Of a stretch of DNA of 44,682 nt, positions 8,498 through 17,860 are shown in pieces. The notes beneath the pieces are model-generated. The model was not told where the DNA came from, did no database searches, and saw only the letters and a list, made by a program, of their open reading frames with translations. Source of the stretch: a phage. The translations under genes were made by a program, and so were the position numbers. The stretch lies in the sequence record PX123008.1. One strand, 5' to 3'. Each line of letters begins with the position of its first letter. Position 1 is the first letter of the stretch.

Positions 8498-8998
8498 ATG
8501 TATGGCGACCCGCAAACCTTTGTCGATTATGCCGCTGCGCGAGGCGTTGAAATTACGCTGGGCGATGCGACGCGACACCTTACCATCGTTAATGACTTCC
8601 TTAACGGCATCAACTGGATCGGCGAACAGGCGGACCAGACAGGAATAGACGCATGGCCCCGCATCAACTACCCATCGGACGGGAAGCCGGTGCGCGACAC
8701 GCTAACCGAAGTCGTGGCGGTAGTGCCTGTCGGGCAAATCGTAGACTTTGCATCAATCCCCGTTGCCGTTGAGCAAGCCGTTTACCGGCTGGCGATGTTG
8801 GTGGCAGACGAGATCGATATTTCTCCGGTCGGCGATGGTAAAGAGACTATCCGCGAAACGGTCGGCCCGATCACGATGGAATACGACCCGGCGTCGATTG
8901 GTAGCGGGGTGTCGTTTCCGTGGTGGGATGGCTTGTTAGGGCACTGGGTTGATTCTGGCGGCAACGCCGCAGGCAATTTCGACGTATTCAGGGGGTAA
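8498..8998 (+). CDS. head-tail connector / head completion protein (tentative)
   Basis: 167 aa from ATG with AGGAG RBS; first gene after the capsid terminator; no specific motif recognised. Confidence 0.45.
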   Translation: MYGDPQTFVDYAAARGVEITLGDATRHLTIVNDFLNGINWIGEQADQTGIDAWPRINYPSDGKPVRDTLTEVVAVVPVGQIVDFASIPVAVEQAVYRLAMLVADEIDISPVGDGKETIRETVGPITMEYDPASIGSGVSFPWWDGLLGHWVDSGGNAAGNFDVFRG

Positions 8999-8999
8999 T

Positions 9000-9119
9000 A
9001 TGAATCCTGCATTACTCGCGGCGATTATCGCCGCCAACACTAAACGGCAACCAGAACAACCGGAGCCAGAACCAGTACCACCGGCACGGGAGAGTGAAGA
9101 AGATGGCGGGCTTTAATTA
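9000..9119 (+). CDS. small Pro/Glu-rich ORF (39 aa), doubtful
   Basis: ATG preceded by GGGGG; MNPALLAAIIAANTKRQPEQPEPEPVPPARESEEDGGL; overlaps the start of the next gene. Confidence 0.25.
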
Positions 9120-9456
9120 CGCAGGATTAAAGCGGAAAGTGAATCCGCTGATTAAAAAATTCGGCATGACCGTTACGGTTACGCGTCCGGGATCGGTTGA
9201 CCGCGTAGACGGCGAAGAAGTTGTCATCCCACCGACCTCGTTTGACGTCATCGGTCTTCGCGAGGAGTACAAGCCGAGCGAGATCGACGGAACGCGTATC
9301 GTTGCCGGTGATGTGAAGTTTTTATGTTGGGCGGTTGAGCAATTGCGGGTGGGCGACCTGGTTAACCTGAACGGTGCAGACTACCGGGTCGTCAATCCTA
9401 ACCCACTGCAACCGGCAGGCACGACCATGCTGTTTCAACTACAGCTAAGGGGCTAA
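9103..9456 (+). CDS. head-tail joining protein (tentative)
   Basis: 118 aa; position in the neck module. Confidence 0.45.
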   Translation: MAGFNYAGLKRKVNPLIKKFGMTVTVTRPGSVDRVDGEEVVIPPTSFDVIGLREEYKPSEIDGTRIVAGDVKFLCWAVEQLRVGDLVNLNGADYRVVNPNPLQPAGTTMLFQLQLRG

Positions 9457-9457
9457 C

Positions 9458-10051
9458 GTGGCTGAGGTCTACTCATTCGCCGCCACCATTGCTACGTGGG
9501 TGGATAAGACGAAGGAGAACAACGATAAGGCGGTGCGGGCGTACGGTATGCAAATACTAGGACGCCTGATCGAGATCTCCCCGGTAGGCGATCCCCGCCG
9601 GTGGAAGATTAACAAGGCTTACGCGCTTGCACGCGAACACGCGAACAAGGTGAACGCCGCACAGCGCCGCAAGAATGGCGGCAAACTGAAGCGTGGGCAG
9701 AAGAAGCACGCCAGTGTGCTCGTCTCATTCAAGACTAAAAACGGCAACGTCACGTTCCGCCAGCGTGGCTGGGCTGCGAAGAATTACACCGGCGGACGCT
9801 TCCGGGGAAACTGGCAGGTTACGTTCGACCGCCCGGCTGTAGGCGCTATCGACCGCGTGGACAAGGCCGGAACGGCAACATTAGCCGCAGGGCGTGAAGT
9901 GCTGGCACATTACGATTCAGGTGAATACAGGTCGATCTGGTTTACTAACAATGTGCCGTATGCGCAGCGACTTGAGTATGGTTGGAGTAAACAAGCGCCC
10001 GCGGGGATTGTTCGCGTCGTAGCGGCAGAAATTAATTCGAAGGTGAAATAA
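9458..10051 (+). CDS. neck / tail completion protein (HK97 gp10-like, tentative)
   Basis: GTG start with AAGGGG RBS; 197 aa; position between head-tail joining and tail tube genes. Confidence 0.45.
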   Translation: MAEVYSFAATIATWVDKTKENNDKAVRAYGMQILGRLIEISPVGDPRRWKINKAYALAREHANKVNAAQRRKNGGKLKRGQKKHASVLVSFKTKNGNVTFRQRGWAAKNYTGGRFRGNWQVTFDRPAVGAIDRVDKAGTATLAAGREVLAHYDSGEYRSIWFTNNVPYAQRLEYGWSKQAPAGIVRVVAAEINSKVK

Positions 10052-10473
10052 TGAGCAATACTCTAATCCGCAAGGCGCTTAACCGCGTTGTCGAAGAATT
10101 ATCGGTAAGCCTGAGCACTAACCCGCGCCCGATAAAGGTTAACTGGGAGAACGTGAGCGGCGACCACGCAAACGGCAGCGGTGTCTACCTAGAACCATAT
10201 CTGCTTCCGGCCCCTACCCAGTTTGTGGGCTTCCAGCAGAAGGGCCGGATCTATGCAGGCGTGTATCAGATTGCCGTGGTATTTCCTGCGGGCACGGGCA
10301 CACAGTATGCGAGCGAACTGGCGGACGCCATTGCGACGTCAGACAAGTGGCAGGCCGTAAGGCTTACCGGCGCTGCATTCCAGCTTCAGGACGCGCCATA
10401 CACCAGTTCAGTGATTGAGGATGTTGACCGCGCCCGCATCGTGGTTACAGTGCCCTATTCCTGTTGTGCCTGA
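10051..10473 (+). CDS. tail terminator / tail completion protein (tentative)
   Basis: 140 aa, start overlaps the previous stop (ATGA); immediately upstream of the major tail protein gene. Confidence 0.45.
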   Translation: MSNTLIRKALNRVVEELSVSLSTNPRPIKVNWENVSGDHANGSGVYLEPYLLPAPTQFVGFQQKGRIYAGVYQIAVVFPAGTGTQYASELADAIATSDKWQAVRLTGAAFQLQDAPYTSSVIEDVDRARIVVTVPYSCCA

Positions 10474-10534
10474 TTTGGCGCAATTCTGCGCGTGCTGTAT
10501 CATTAAACCGTATATCTAAACAGGAGCGTTCATT

Positions 10535-11260
10535 ATGGGTTATCAACTTCCTAACGGGTCCAGCGTCCAGATTGGGTCCGTACTGGGCAGCGGCATCGCT
10601 GTTACGGCAGCTACCAACGCCGCCGCGTCGATCTCCGACCTTACGCAAGGTTGCGTAATTACCTGTGCGGCTTCGCATGGCCTGGTTGTTGGCGACGTTG
10701 TTATGTTCACTAAAACCCCGTGGGTCCGAGCGCTTAACCGCGCATTCATCGTGGGTAAAGTGGACACCAACGACGTTACGCTGGCGCGCTTCGACACCGA
10801 AGACGTCACAAAATACCCGACCGGCGCTTTCAGCGTAGGCACTCCGGGCGAAGTGGTGAAGGTGTCGGGCTTTATCGACTTCCCTTTCATTACTAACGTT
10901 GCCGTGTCTGGTGGCGACCAGCAGACGACTACCTTCCAGCCGTTGCAGGTGAACACCGCAATCAGTCTGAACACCACGAAAAACCCGTTGGTACAGACTT
11001 ACACTTTCACCCACGACGAAGAAGACCCGATCCGCCCAATCCTGGAAGACCTGGACGACACACAGAAAACCACTGTGATTAAGTTCACTAACCCAGCGGC
11101 AGCAAGCGGCAAAGGTGAGATCCGTATCTACCCGGCAAAGGTATCTTTCCAGAAGATTCCTTCCGCTGAAGTAAACAACGTGGAAACGGTACAGTCTACT
11201 CTGACCATGCAGTCTGATATGGTTATCTACCGTAAGGATCTGGTCGAGGCATTGTCTTGA
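10535..11260 (+). CDS. major tail (tube) protein
   Basis: 241 aa with CAGGAG RBS; followed by a terminator and then the chaperone and tape measure genes, the conserved siphovirus order. Confidence 0.7.
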   Translation: MGYQLPNGSSVQIGSVLGSGIAVTAATNAAASISDLTQGCVITCAASHGLVVGDVVMFTKTPWVRALNRAFIVGKVDTNDVTLARFDTEDVTKYPTGAFSVGTPGEVVKVSGFIDFPFITNVAVSGGDQQTTTFQPLQVNTAISLNTTKNPLVQTYTFTHDEEDPIRPILEDLDDTQKTTVIKFTNPAAASGKGEIRIYPAKVSFQKIPSAEVNNVETVQSTLTMQSDMVIYRKDLVEALS

Positions 11261-11290
11261 TTTGGTCGCTTAAATAGCGAGTGTTAATAT

Positions 11291-11314
11291 GGGGCCCGCA
11301 CGGCCCCTTTTTTA
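11291..11314 (+). terminator. rho-independent terminator after the major tail gene
   Basis: GGGGCC-cgcac-GGCCCC hairpin followed by TTTTTTATT. Confidence 0.6.
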
Positions 11315-11329
11315 TTGGAGAATACTACA

Positions 11330-11692
11330 ATGGCTAAAGCACCACTCTTCACACTTGACCCTAAACCAACCTTTAAGCTGCCGATTGAGATCCCGCGCCC
11401 TGGTGAGAACGAACCCGGCAAGATGACGTTTACCGTACGCCACCGCCCGATCGACGAATTTTCGCAGACCATGCAGGACACTGAGCGCAAGCTATCGGAA
11501 TATGACGACAATGACCCGGACGGCTTTAACGTTATGGTCGAGGCCATCATGCACGTCGCTGAAGGCTGGAACCTGCCGGACGAATTTAACGCGGAGAACG
11601 TCCGCCGCCTGGTGGTCAACTATCCACGTGCGTTCGGTGTGTTCCACACGTCGTACTATCTCGAACTGATGGGATTGCGTGAAAAAAACTAA
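11330..11692 (+). CDS. tail assembly chaperone (lambda gpG-like)
   Basis: 120 aa, acidic, directly upstream of the tape measure gene; ends with slippery heptamer A_AAA_AAC 3 nt before the stop. Confidence 0.65.
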   Translation: MAKAPLFTLDPKPTFKLPIEIPRPGENEPGKMTFTVRHRPIDEFSQTMQDTERKLSEYDDNDPDGFNVMVEAIMHVAEGWNLPDEFNAENVRRLVVNYPRAFGVFHTSYYLELMGLREKN

Positions 11693-12006
11693 TTGAGGCG
11701 GCGCGACGCTTTTATGGCCCGCCGCCACCCTCTGAAGATTTAGCCGCAAGTTTATGGGGTGCGGCCCCCGAAGATGTTTGTCCGCCTGTTGCGCTATGGC
11801 CCGACAACGCGAAGGTAGTCGCAGTCTTCACAGATTGCTCCACGCAATGGCGCACCGGATTTGGTGGCGCATACGGCATCGACTACGGCGTGCTGGAGTG
11901 GTTATTTAAGATGCACGGTATCGAAAACGCGCAACGTGCGTTTAAAGATATCAAGCTAATGGAACGCGTTGCGCTGGATGAAATGGCGCGGCAGAACCCC
12001 GCATAA
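11330..12006 (+). CDS. tail assembly chaperone, -1 frameshift extension product (lambda gpGT-like)
   Basis: slippery A_AAA_AAC at 11683..11689 in the 0 frame; the -1 frame is open from 11689 to the TAA at 12004..12006, about 105 codons. Confidence 0.55.
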
Positions 12007-12010
12007 CGGA

Positions 12011-12327
12011 GCGGGACAGGCGGGACGTCCCGTTTTGTCCCGCACCTCTAAAACTGCATATTTACCCACTTACATTGCATAGATTAAAAGCGGGACAGGG
12101 GTGCTGTCCCGATCTGTCCCACCCCCGAAATGTGAATGTCTATTCAGTTTTCGTGCATAAAACAAACGGGACAGAAAGCGGGACAGAATGAGGCGGGACA
12201 AAGCGGGACAGCACCCCTGTCCCCGCCAGTGCTGCCGCGGGTTTTTAGCCGATCGGGACAGGCGGGACAAGCCCAGTCTTTCAGACTAGACGGGGGTCAT
12301 TGGCCCCCCTCGTCTGAGACTGAATAA
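12011..12327. repeat. iteron cluster A: ~8 direct and 4 inverted GCGGGACA copies plus a conserved ~60-bp terminal hairpin
   Basis: GGGACA at 12013, 12092, 12168, 12180, 12195, 12205, 12255, 12264; TGTCCC at 12036, 12105, 12115, 12218; terminal segment nearly identical to 39366..39430. Confidence 0.85.
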
Positions 12328-12390
12328 GGTTTGTTTTAAATTCGCTGATACAATGACCAACGGCAACTGCATAAAAAGGGGGACTGCATA

Positions 12391-15033
12391 ATGGCAGATC
12401 AGGCAGCGGGCATCACGCTCAAGGCGGACGTCGCGCAAATTAAAACGGCTAATACTGTGCTGGACACATTTGCGCAGAAATCCGAGAACACAGAACAGAA
12501 AGTAAAAAAATTAAACGACACCCTCGGCAAGTCGAAAAAGGTTACTGGCGACGCTGCGGGCGGAATGGAAAAGTTAGCGACTGAATCGCAGCGTGCCGCC
12601 GATGGCATGACGAAACAAGAGCGACTCGCCAGCCGATTAGGCATGTCGACCAAAAACCTGGGATTCGCATCGCGGAACGCCGCATTCCAGTTACAGGATA
12701 TCGCGGTTACGCTTGAGATGGGTATGCCGGTGCACCGCGTTATGCTTCAGCAGCTACCACAGCTTACTGGGGCGTTTGGCGGGTTGGGTAACACACTGCG
12801 TTATGTCGTCGGCACCCTCGGCCCGTTAGGTATCGGCATCGCGGCCTTGACGGCAACGCTTGGCGTAGGGGTGGCAATTACGACCCGCGCAGAGAACCAA
12901 GTGGCGGCGCTTAATAAGACGCTGGCGCTGTCCGGTAATATTTCGGGCCTCACAGCTAACCAGATCCTTGTGCTGTCCGAGAACGCTGAGCGCATGGGCG
13001 GGTCATTTCGCAAGACGCGCGACACAATCCAGGCGCTGGCGGCGGCGGGTGTGAAAGCGGGTGGTGACTTCGGCGCATTGGCTAAGGTAGTTAATGACTT
13101 TGCGAAGGTGTCCAGCCAGCCGATCGAGGATGTGGTAGCGGCGGTGGCGAAGCTGTCAACCGACCCCGTTGGCGGACTGCGTGCGCTGGCGGATAAGTAT
13201 CACGTCGTAAACGAAGCGCAGATCCAGCAGGTACAGTCGCTCGTTGATGCGGGTCGTGAGACAGACGCAGTTGCGTTGGCTAACAAAACAGCCGCTGCGT
13301 CGTTCACCAGCATGACCAATGAGATCAAGGCGAACATGGGTACGCTTGAGCGGTCGATGAACGTCGTCACATCGGCAGCCAAATCGATGTGGGACGCTAT
13401 CCTGGATGTGGGTCGCGCGCAGTCCTCCAATGAATCCGAGATGAAAGCGCGCGAATCACTGCAGCGGCTGACCACGGCTTACTATGCCGAGATGAAAGCG
13501 GTAAACGCTGCCGGTGGGGTAATGACTGAAGCGCAGAAAGCACGTATTAACATGCTTTACAGCGAACTGGTCGCCCAGGAAAAAGTGGTGGCGTCGCTCA
13601 CCCTGCGTAACCGTGCCGAGCGGGACAACGCCAGCGCCGCGGAAGAAGCAGCAAAGGCGAACGAGGAGGCCAACCGCACCGCCCGCGACCGCGCCGCGTT
13701 TGAGAAGGAGTACGCAACCAACGCGAAGCGGCGCGCCGACGAGATCGCCCGCCTCAATTTGCTGAATAAGCGTGGCGTTATTGACGAGAAAGAGCTTGCT
13801 GAGGCGGTGAAGCAGGTCAACGAGCGCTACAAAGACCCGGCACCGAAGAAGGCCGCGGCTGTTCGCGTGGATGCAGGGATGAAAATGCTGGAAGTCGCGC
13901 GCAGCGAACTGGCACAGCTTCGAGAATCAGGCAAGCAGATCGAAGCCAACGCGTCGACGCAGACCCGCACGCAACGCGCTCAAGCGGCCCTAAACAAGCT
14001 GATCGCGGATAATGAGCAGTTAATCGCAGCAAGCAAAGAAAGGGCACTAACGGCAGCAGAAAAGCAGCAGATTGCAGAATTCGGACGCGTGAAGGAAGTA
14101 CGCGAGCAGATCGTCGAAGAAGCCAAATTGCTGGACGCGAAAGAGAAGCAGGTCAAGGCGCACGCGCAGATCGACGCCTTCGTTAAGAACCAGAACGCCG
14201 AGCTAAAAGCCACCGCGGCGGGCTATGCGCTTTCCACTCGCGAAGCGGCAAACCTGCGTGAAGAATTGCAGCTAATTGACCGCCTGAAGCGGGTTGGAGC
14301 TAACGATACTGATATTGATCTGGCGGTATCTAAGCTGCGCGAAGTGCAGGAAGCACAGACCGGTGCTAACGCCTCGCTATGGGATGGCTTCAGCCGCGGG
14401 CTTAAGGATAGCGTGGATGAAATGGGTAACGGCTATACGCAGATGACGTCACTCACAAAATTCACGTTCGGCGCTATGCAGGACACGATGAACGAGTTTT
14501 TTGAGACGGGCAAGCTGAACGCAAAGGATATGGTTAAATCCATCCTGAGCGAATTAATAAAGCTGGCTACCTCGCAGGCATTCAAGTCCATCGTTAGCGC
14601 TTTCGGTGGCGACGGCGGAAAAAACGGATTGTTCGGCGCTATCTTCTCGGGCCTCACTAAGAATGCGGACGGCGGAGCGTACGCAGGAGGCAATCTCGCG
14701 GCATATTCGGGGAAAGTGGTAAGCCAGCCTACCTTTTTCAGTTATGGCGTTCAGGCGTTCGCTAAGGGCGCGGGATTGATGGGCGAGGCTGGACCCGAGG
14801 CCATCATGCCACTGAAGCGCGGGCCGGACGGGAAACTGGGTGTTGCCGCGTCTGGCGCAGGCGGTGGTATGGTCGTGACGACTAACGTTTACACGGGGTC
14901 CGGTAAAACAGATACCAGTGTCAGCGGGCCGGACCCCCGTACCGCGCAGGCGTTCGGCAAGCAAATCACCGAAGCGGTGAAGGCCGAGATCGTGAAAGCG
15001 ACGAAACCGGGTGGTGTACTTTACAAACGATGA
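12391..15033 (+). CDS. tail tape measure protein
   Basis: 880 aa, alanine-rich coiled-coil-like with a glycine-rich C-terminal region; follows the G/GT-like chaperone. Confidence 0.85.
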   Translation: MADQAAGITLKADVAQIKTANTVLDTFAQKSENTEQKVKKLNDTLGKSKKVTGDAAGGMEKLATESQRAADGMTKQERLASRLGMSTKNLGFASRNAAFQLQDIAVTLEMGMPVHRVMLQQLPQLTGAFGGLGNTLRYVVGTLGPLGIGIAALTATLGVGVAITTRAENQVAALNKTLALSGNISGLTANQILVLSENAERMGGSFRKTRDTIQALAAAGVKAGGDFGALAKVVNDFAKVSSQPIEDVVAAVAKLSTDPVGGLRALADKYHVVNEAQIQQVQSLVDAGRETDAVALANKTAAASFTSMTNEIKANMGTLERSMNVVTSAAKSMWDAILDVGRAQSSNESEMKARESLQRLTTAYYAEMKAVNAAGGVMTEAQKARINMLYSELVAQEKVVASLTLRNRAERDNASAAEEAAKANEEANRTARDRAAFEKEYATNAKRRADEIARLNLLNKRGVIDEKELAEAVKQVNERYKDPAPKKAAAVRVDAGMKMLEVARSELAQLRESGKQIEANASTQTRTQRAQAALNKLIADNEQLIAASKERALTAAEKQQIAEFGRVKEVREQIVEEAKLLDAKEKQVKAHAQIDAFVKNQNAELKATAAGYALSTREAANLREELQLIDRLKRVGANDTDIDLAVSKLREVQEAQTGANASLWDGFSRGLKDSVDEMGNGYTQMTSLTKFTFGAMQDTMNEFFETGKLNAKDMVKSILSELIKLATSQAFKSIVSAFGGDGGKNGLFGAIFSGLTKNADGGAYAGGNLAAYSGKVVSQPTFFSYGVQAFAKGAGLMGEAGPEAIMPLKRGPDGKLGVAASGAGGGMVVTTNVYTGSGKTDTSVSGPDPRTAQAFGKQITEAVKAEIVKATKPGGVLYKR

Positions 15034-15039
15034 TAAAAT

Positions 15040-15069
15040 GGCCCTCACATCCATCGTGGGGGCTTTTTT
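15040..15069 (+). terminator. hairpin plus T6 immediately upstream of the gpM-like gene, possible attenuator
   Basis: imperfect hairpin GCCCTCAC...GTGGGGGC followed by TTTTTT abutting the ATG at 15070. Confidence 0.35.
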
Positions 15070-15669
15070 ATGTCACAAGGTACAATCACATTAACTAAGG
15101 GGAGTAAGACCGTTACGGGCGCGGGAACGGCGTTCCTTAGCGAGATCGGGAAGGTACGCGTATTCGCCCGCATCGACGGCAACGACTACACCGGCAAAAT
15201 TGCGGCATTCAACTCGAACACGGTCATTACACTGAAAGATAACTGGGCCGGTCCGACGAAATCCGGTGCGGCATATGAGCTAATCGAAGCACACGACCCA
15301 CGGTCAAACGAATGGCCCTATTACTGGCACATGCAATTGCAGGGCGGCGGCGACGTGCAGTTAGCTTTCCGGTCGGAGGAATTGCAATTCGGTAATGGCT
15401 ACGGACAGAACATCGCGGACGGACCGAACGCAGAAACGAAACAGTTCCCCGTGCAATTCGTCGGACTGACTACTGATAAGTGGTGCGACCCTAAACTGGT
15501 TTATAACTTTCTGCGCGGTCACTTCGTCAAGCCGTTTGTTGTCACCGCTCCGGATGGCGAAACGGGTTTATTCGTGGTCGAGCGTTCGAGCTTGTCGTAC
15601 ACTGACAACGGGCACAACACGGCAACGGTGTCCGCCACCCTTAAGACCGCTATTGGATTCGTAAGATGA
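15070..15669 (+). CDS. minor tail protein (lambda gpM-like)
   Basis: 199 aa; segment FGNGYGQNIADGPNA recalls lambda gpM; position after the tape measure gene. Confidence 0.6.
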   Translation: MSQGTITLTKGSKTVTGAGTAFLSEIGKVRVFARIDGNDYTGKIAAFNSNTVITLKDNWAGPTKSGAAYELIEAHDPRSNEWPYYWHMQLQGGGDVQLAFRSEELQFGNGYGQNIADGPNAETKQFPVQFVGLTTDKWCDPKLVYNFLRGHFVKPFVVTAPDGETGLFVVERSSLSYTDNGHNTATVSATLKTAIGFVR

Positions 15670-16454
15670 ATAAACTATATCGTGAGGCGACGCGCTTTGA
15701 CCCATCGGGACGCGTTCGCCTGATTCACATTGACGCGCAGGACGTGGAGCCTGGAGACGGCGCGATCGGCGCGGGTCATCACTATTTTCACTATTGCTTT
15801 ATTCCGCACACTGCCGAGGATATTGCCGCAGCAGGAGGTGACGAGGACAAGCTAAAACCTAAATCCATCTTCTTCGGCGGGCAGGAGTTCGAATTTTGGC
15901 CCTTCGATTTGTCCGGCCTTAACTTCTCCACATCAACGGCAGCAGAACCGCAGCTGACCATTGTCGATATTGGCGGCATTATCACCAGGCTGTCACTGAA
16001 TCATGACCAGCTACTGGGCGCGAAGGTTGAAATAATCGACACGTTTGCGAAGTTCCTGGATAACGGGTCGGATCCAGACCCGACGCAAAAACGTGTCCAG
16101 GAGTATTACATCGACTCACAGGTTGGGCGCAATCCGGGCAAGCAGATCACCTTCGCATTATCCTCACCTGCGGATATGGAGGGGCAAGTAGTTCCCCGCC
16201 GCCAGATCATGAACATGTGCGAATGGGCGCTCAATGGGAAGTACGCCAGCGGGGACGGCTGCACGTGGAACCTTGCGAAGCCTGGTATCAAGTATTACGA
16301 CGAGCGAGGTAATGAAGTCATCGCGATGAACATGGACCGATGCGGCGGCTGTTTGTCCGACTGTTATCTTCGATTTGGGCAAGGTCTTGCGGACCCTAAA
16401 GCGGCGGTGCTGGACTTCGGTGGCTTTCCTGGGTCCAGATTAATTAAGGGGTAG
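15666..16454 (+). CDS. minor tail protein (lambda gpL-like)
   Basis: 262 aa; C-terminal cysteine cluster (CTW...CGGCLSDC) and GGFPGSRL as in lambda gpL from memory. Confidence 0.75.
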   Translation: MNKLYREATRFDPSGRVRLIHIDAQDVEPGDGAIGAGHHYFHYCFIPHTAEDIAAAGGDEDKLKPKSIFFGGQEFEFWPFDLSGLNFSTSTAAEPQLTIVDIGGIITRLSLNHDQLLGAKVEIIDTFAKFLDNGSDPDPTQKRVQEYYIDSQVGRNPGKQITFALSSPADMEGQVVPRRQIMNMCEWALNGKYASGDGCTWNLAKPGIKYYDERGNEVIAMNMDRCGGCLSDCYLRFGQGLADPKAAVLDFGGFPGSRLIKG

Positions 16455-16456
16455 TC

Positions 16457-17252
16457 ATGTTAACGAAGAAGGTTAAAAGCGATATCGCCGCACACGTCGC
16501 GGCATGTCTGCCGGAAGAAGCCTGCGGCCTGGTTGTCATGGTGGGCCGCAAACAAGTTTTTATCCCGTGCGTTAACGTATTCGAAGACCCTACCGGTGCG
16601 CGCTCGCGTAAGGACGCGTTTACAATCAGTGATACGGCCTGGATGGATGCGGAGGAGCTCGCGTAAGGACGCGTTTACAATCAGTGATACGGCCTGGATG
16701 GATGCGGAGGATATGGGAGACGTCGTTCGCGTAGTCCACTCACACCCAGGTCAGCGCGAGTTAACCCCGTCATTGGGTGACGTCAACGGCTGCAACGGCA
16801 GCGGCGTCGTCTGGACCATCACTAACGAATATGGCGACTTCATCGAGATCGACCCGGAAGACCCGCCGCTGGTAGGCCGCCGATTTGTTCTCGGAATTAC
16901 GGATTGCTATGGCCTCGTAATGGACTGGCACAAAAAGCAGGGCGTGATTCTTCCGGACTTCCGCGTGCCGTACAACTGGTGGGAGGCAGGCGAAAACCTG
17001 TATATGGACAATTGGTATGGAGCTGGCTTCCGGGAGTGTGCGGAGAATACGCCTGGGGCGATGGTCATCATGCAGATTAGCGCGCCAGTGCCTAACCATG
17101 CCGGAATCTACCTTCCGGGCAACCAACTCCTACACCATATCTACGGCAGCTTGTCGAGCGTCGTCCCCTTCCGGGCAGGATTTTTCCGCGACAATGTGGT
17201 TAAATGGGTGCGTCACAAAGACTTACCGTGGGATATCACAGAATGGCAATGA
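16457..17252 (+). pseudogene. tail assembly protein gpK-like (MPN/JAMM + NlpC/P60) split by a 55-bp tandem duplication
   Basis: N-terminal ORF 16457..16666 (EACGL...PCVN) stops inside the repeat; the rest (VVHSHPG...TDCYG...) continues in a frame shifted by +1; removing one repeat copy restores one 247-codon ORF. Confidence 0.7.
16602..16711. repeat. perfect 55-bp tandem duplication (2 copies)
   Basis: 16602..16656 is identical to 16657..16711, read directly. Confidence 0.95.
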
Positions 17253-17860
17253 CCACATTTAAATTATACGGCGTCTTAGGGCGTCGTTTTGGTAAAGTGC
17301 ACAAGCTGGATTGCTTCACCCCGGGCGAAGGTATCACAGGCCTATGCGTGAAGCTGCCTGGCTTACAGGACTTTCTAATGTCGGCCCACCTGGAAAATAT
17401 TATGTTCAAGGTGCGCAAAGGCAATCACACAATGACCGGATACGACGAGTTAGGAGAGTTCCACGGCGACCGCGTAGTTACCATCGCACCGGTTATGACC
17501 GGCGCAAAACGCGGACTAGGCCAATTACTGGCGGGCGTAGCCATCGTGGTGGCGTCGTTCTACACCGGCGGGCTTGCTACTGCCGCTTTCGGAGCTTCAG
17601 CCGCGACCGCTGCCGCTATCGGTACGGCAACGTTTTCGTTCGGGATGTCGATGGCGCTGGGTGGCGTTATGCAATTGCTGTCACCGCAACCGAAAGGATT
17701 GCAGACACGGCAGGACGTGGATAACAAGGCGTCTTATGCGTTCGGCGGACCGGTAAACACGACCGCGCAAGGTACGGCACTTGGTGTATTATGGGGCGAG
17801 CGTGAGATCGGCGGCGCTATTATTTCCGCCGGAATCGTAACCGAGGACTTGAACGAATGA
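17243..17860 (+). CDS. tail assembly protein (lambda gpI-like)
   Basis: 206 aa; start overlaps the gpK-like stop; hydrophobic glycine/alanine-rich C-terminal half; position between the K-like and J-like genes. Confidence 0.6.
   Translation: MAMTTFKLYGVLGRRFGKVHKLDCFTPGEGITGLCVKLPGLQDFLMSAHLENIMFKVRKGNHTMTGYDELGEFHGDRVVTIAPVMTGAKRGLGQLLAGVAIVVASFYTGGLATAAFGASAATAAAIGTATFSFGMSMALGGVMQLLSPQPKGLQTRQDVDNKASYAFGGPVNTTAQGTALGVLWGEREIGGAIISAGIVTEDLNE

Noticed and set aside
12011-12270. CRISPR array interpretation of the GCGGGACA repeats
   Set aside because: Units are only 8 bp with 3-8-bp irregular spacing and mixed orientation, not 25-40-bp repeats separated by unique spacers; no cas genes present.
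12136-12327. Track ORFs inside the iteron elements (12136..12327 +, 12070..12270 -, 39166..39420 +)
   Set aside because: They are translations of the repeat array with low-complexity composition and no RBS; the region is treated as non-coding.
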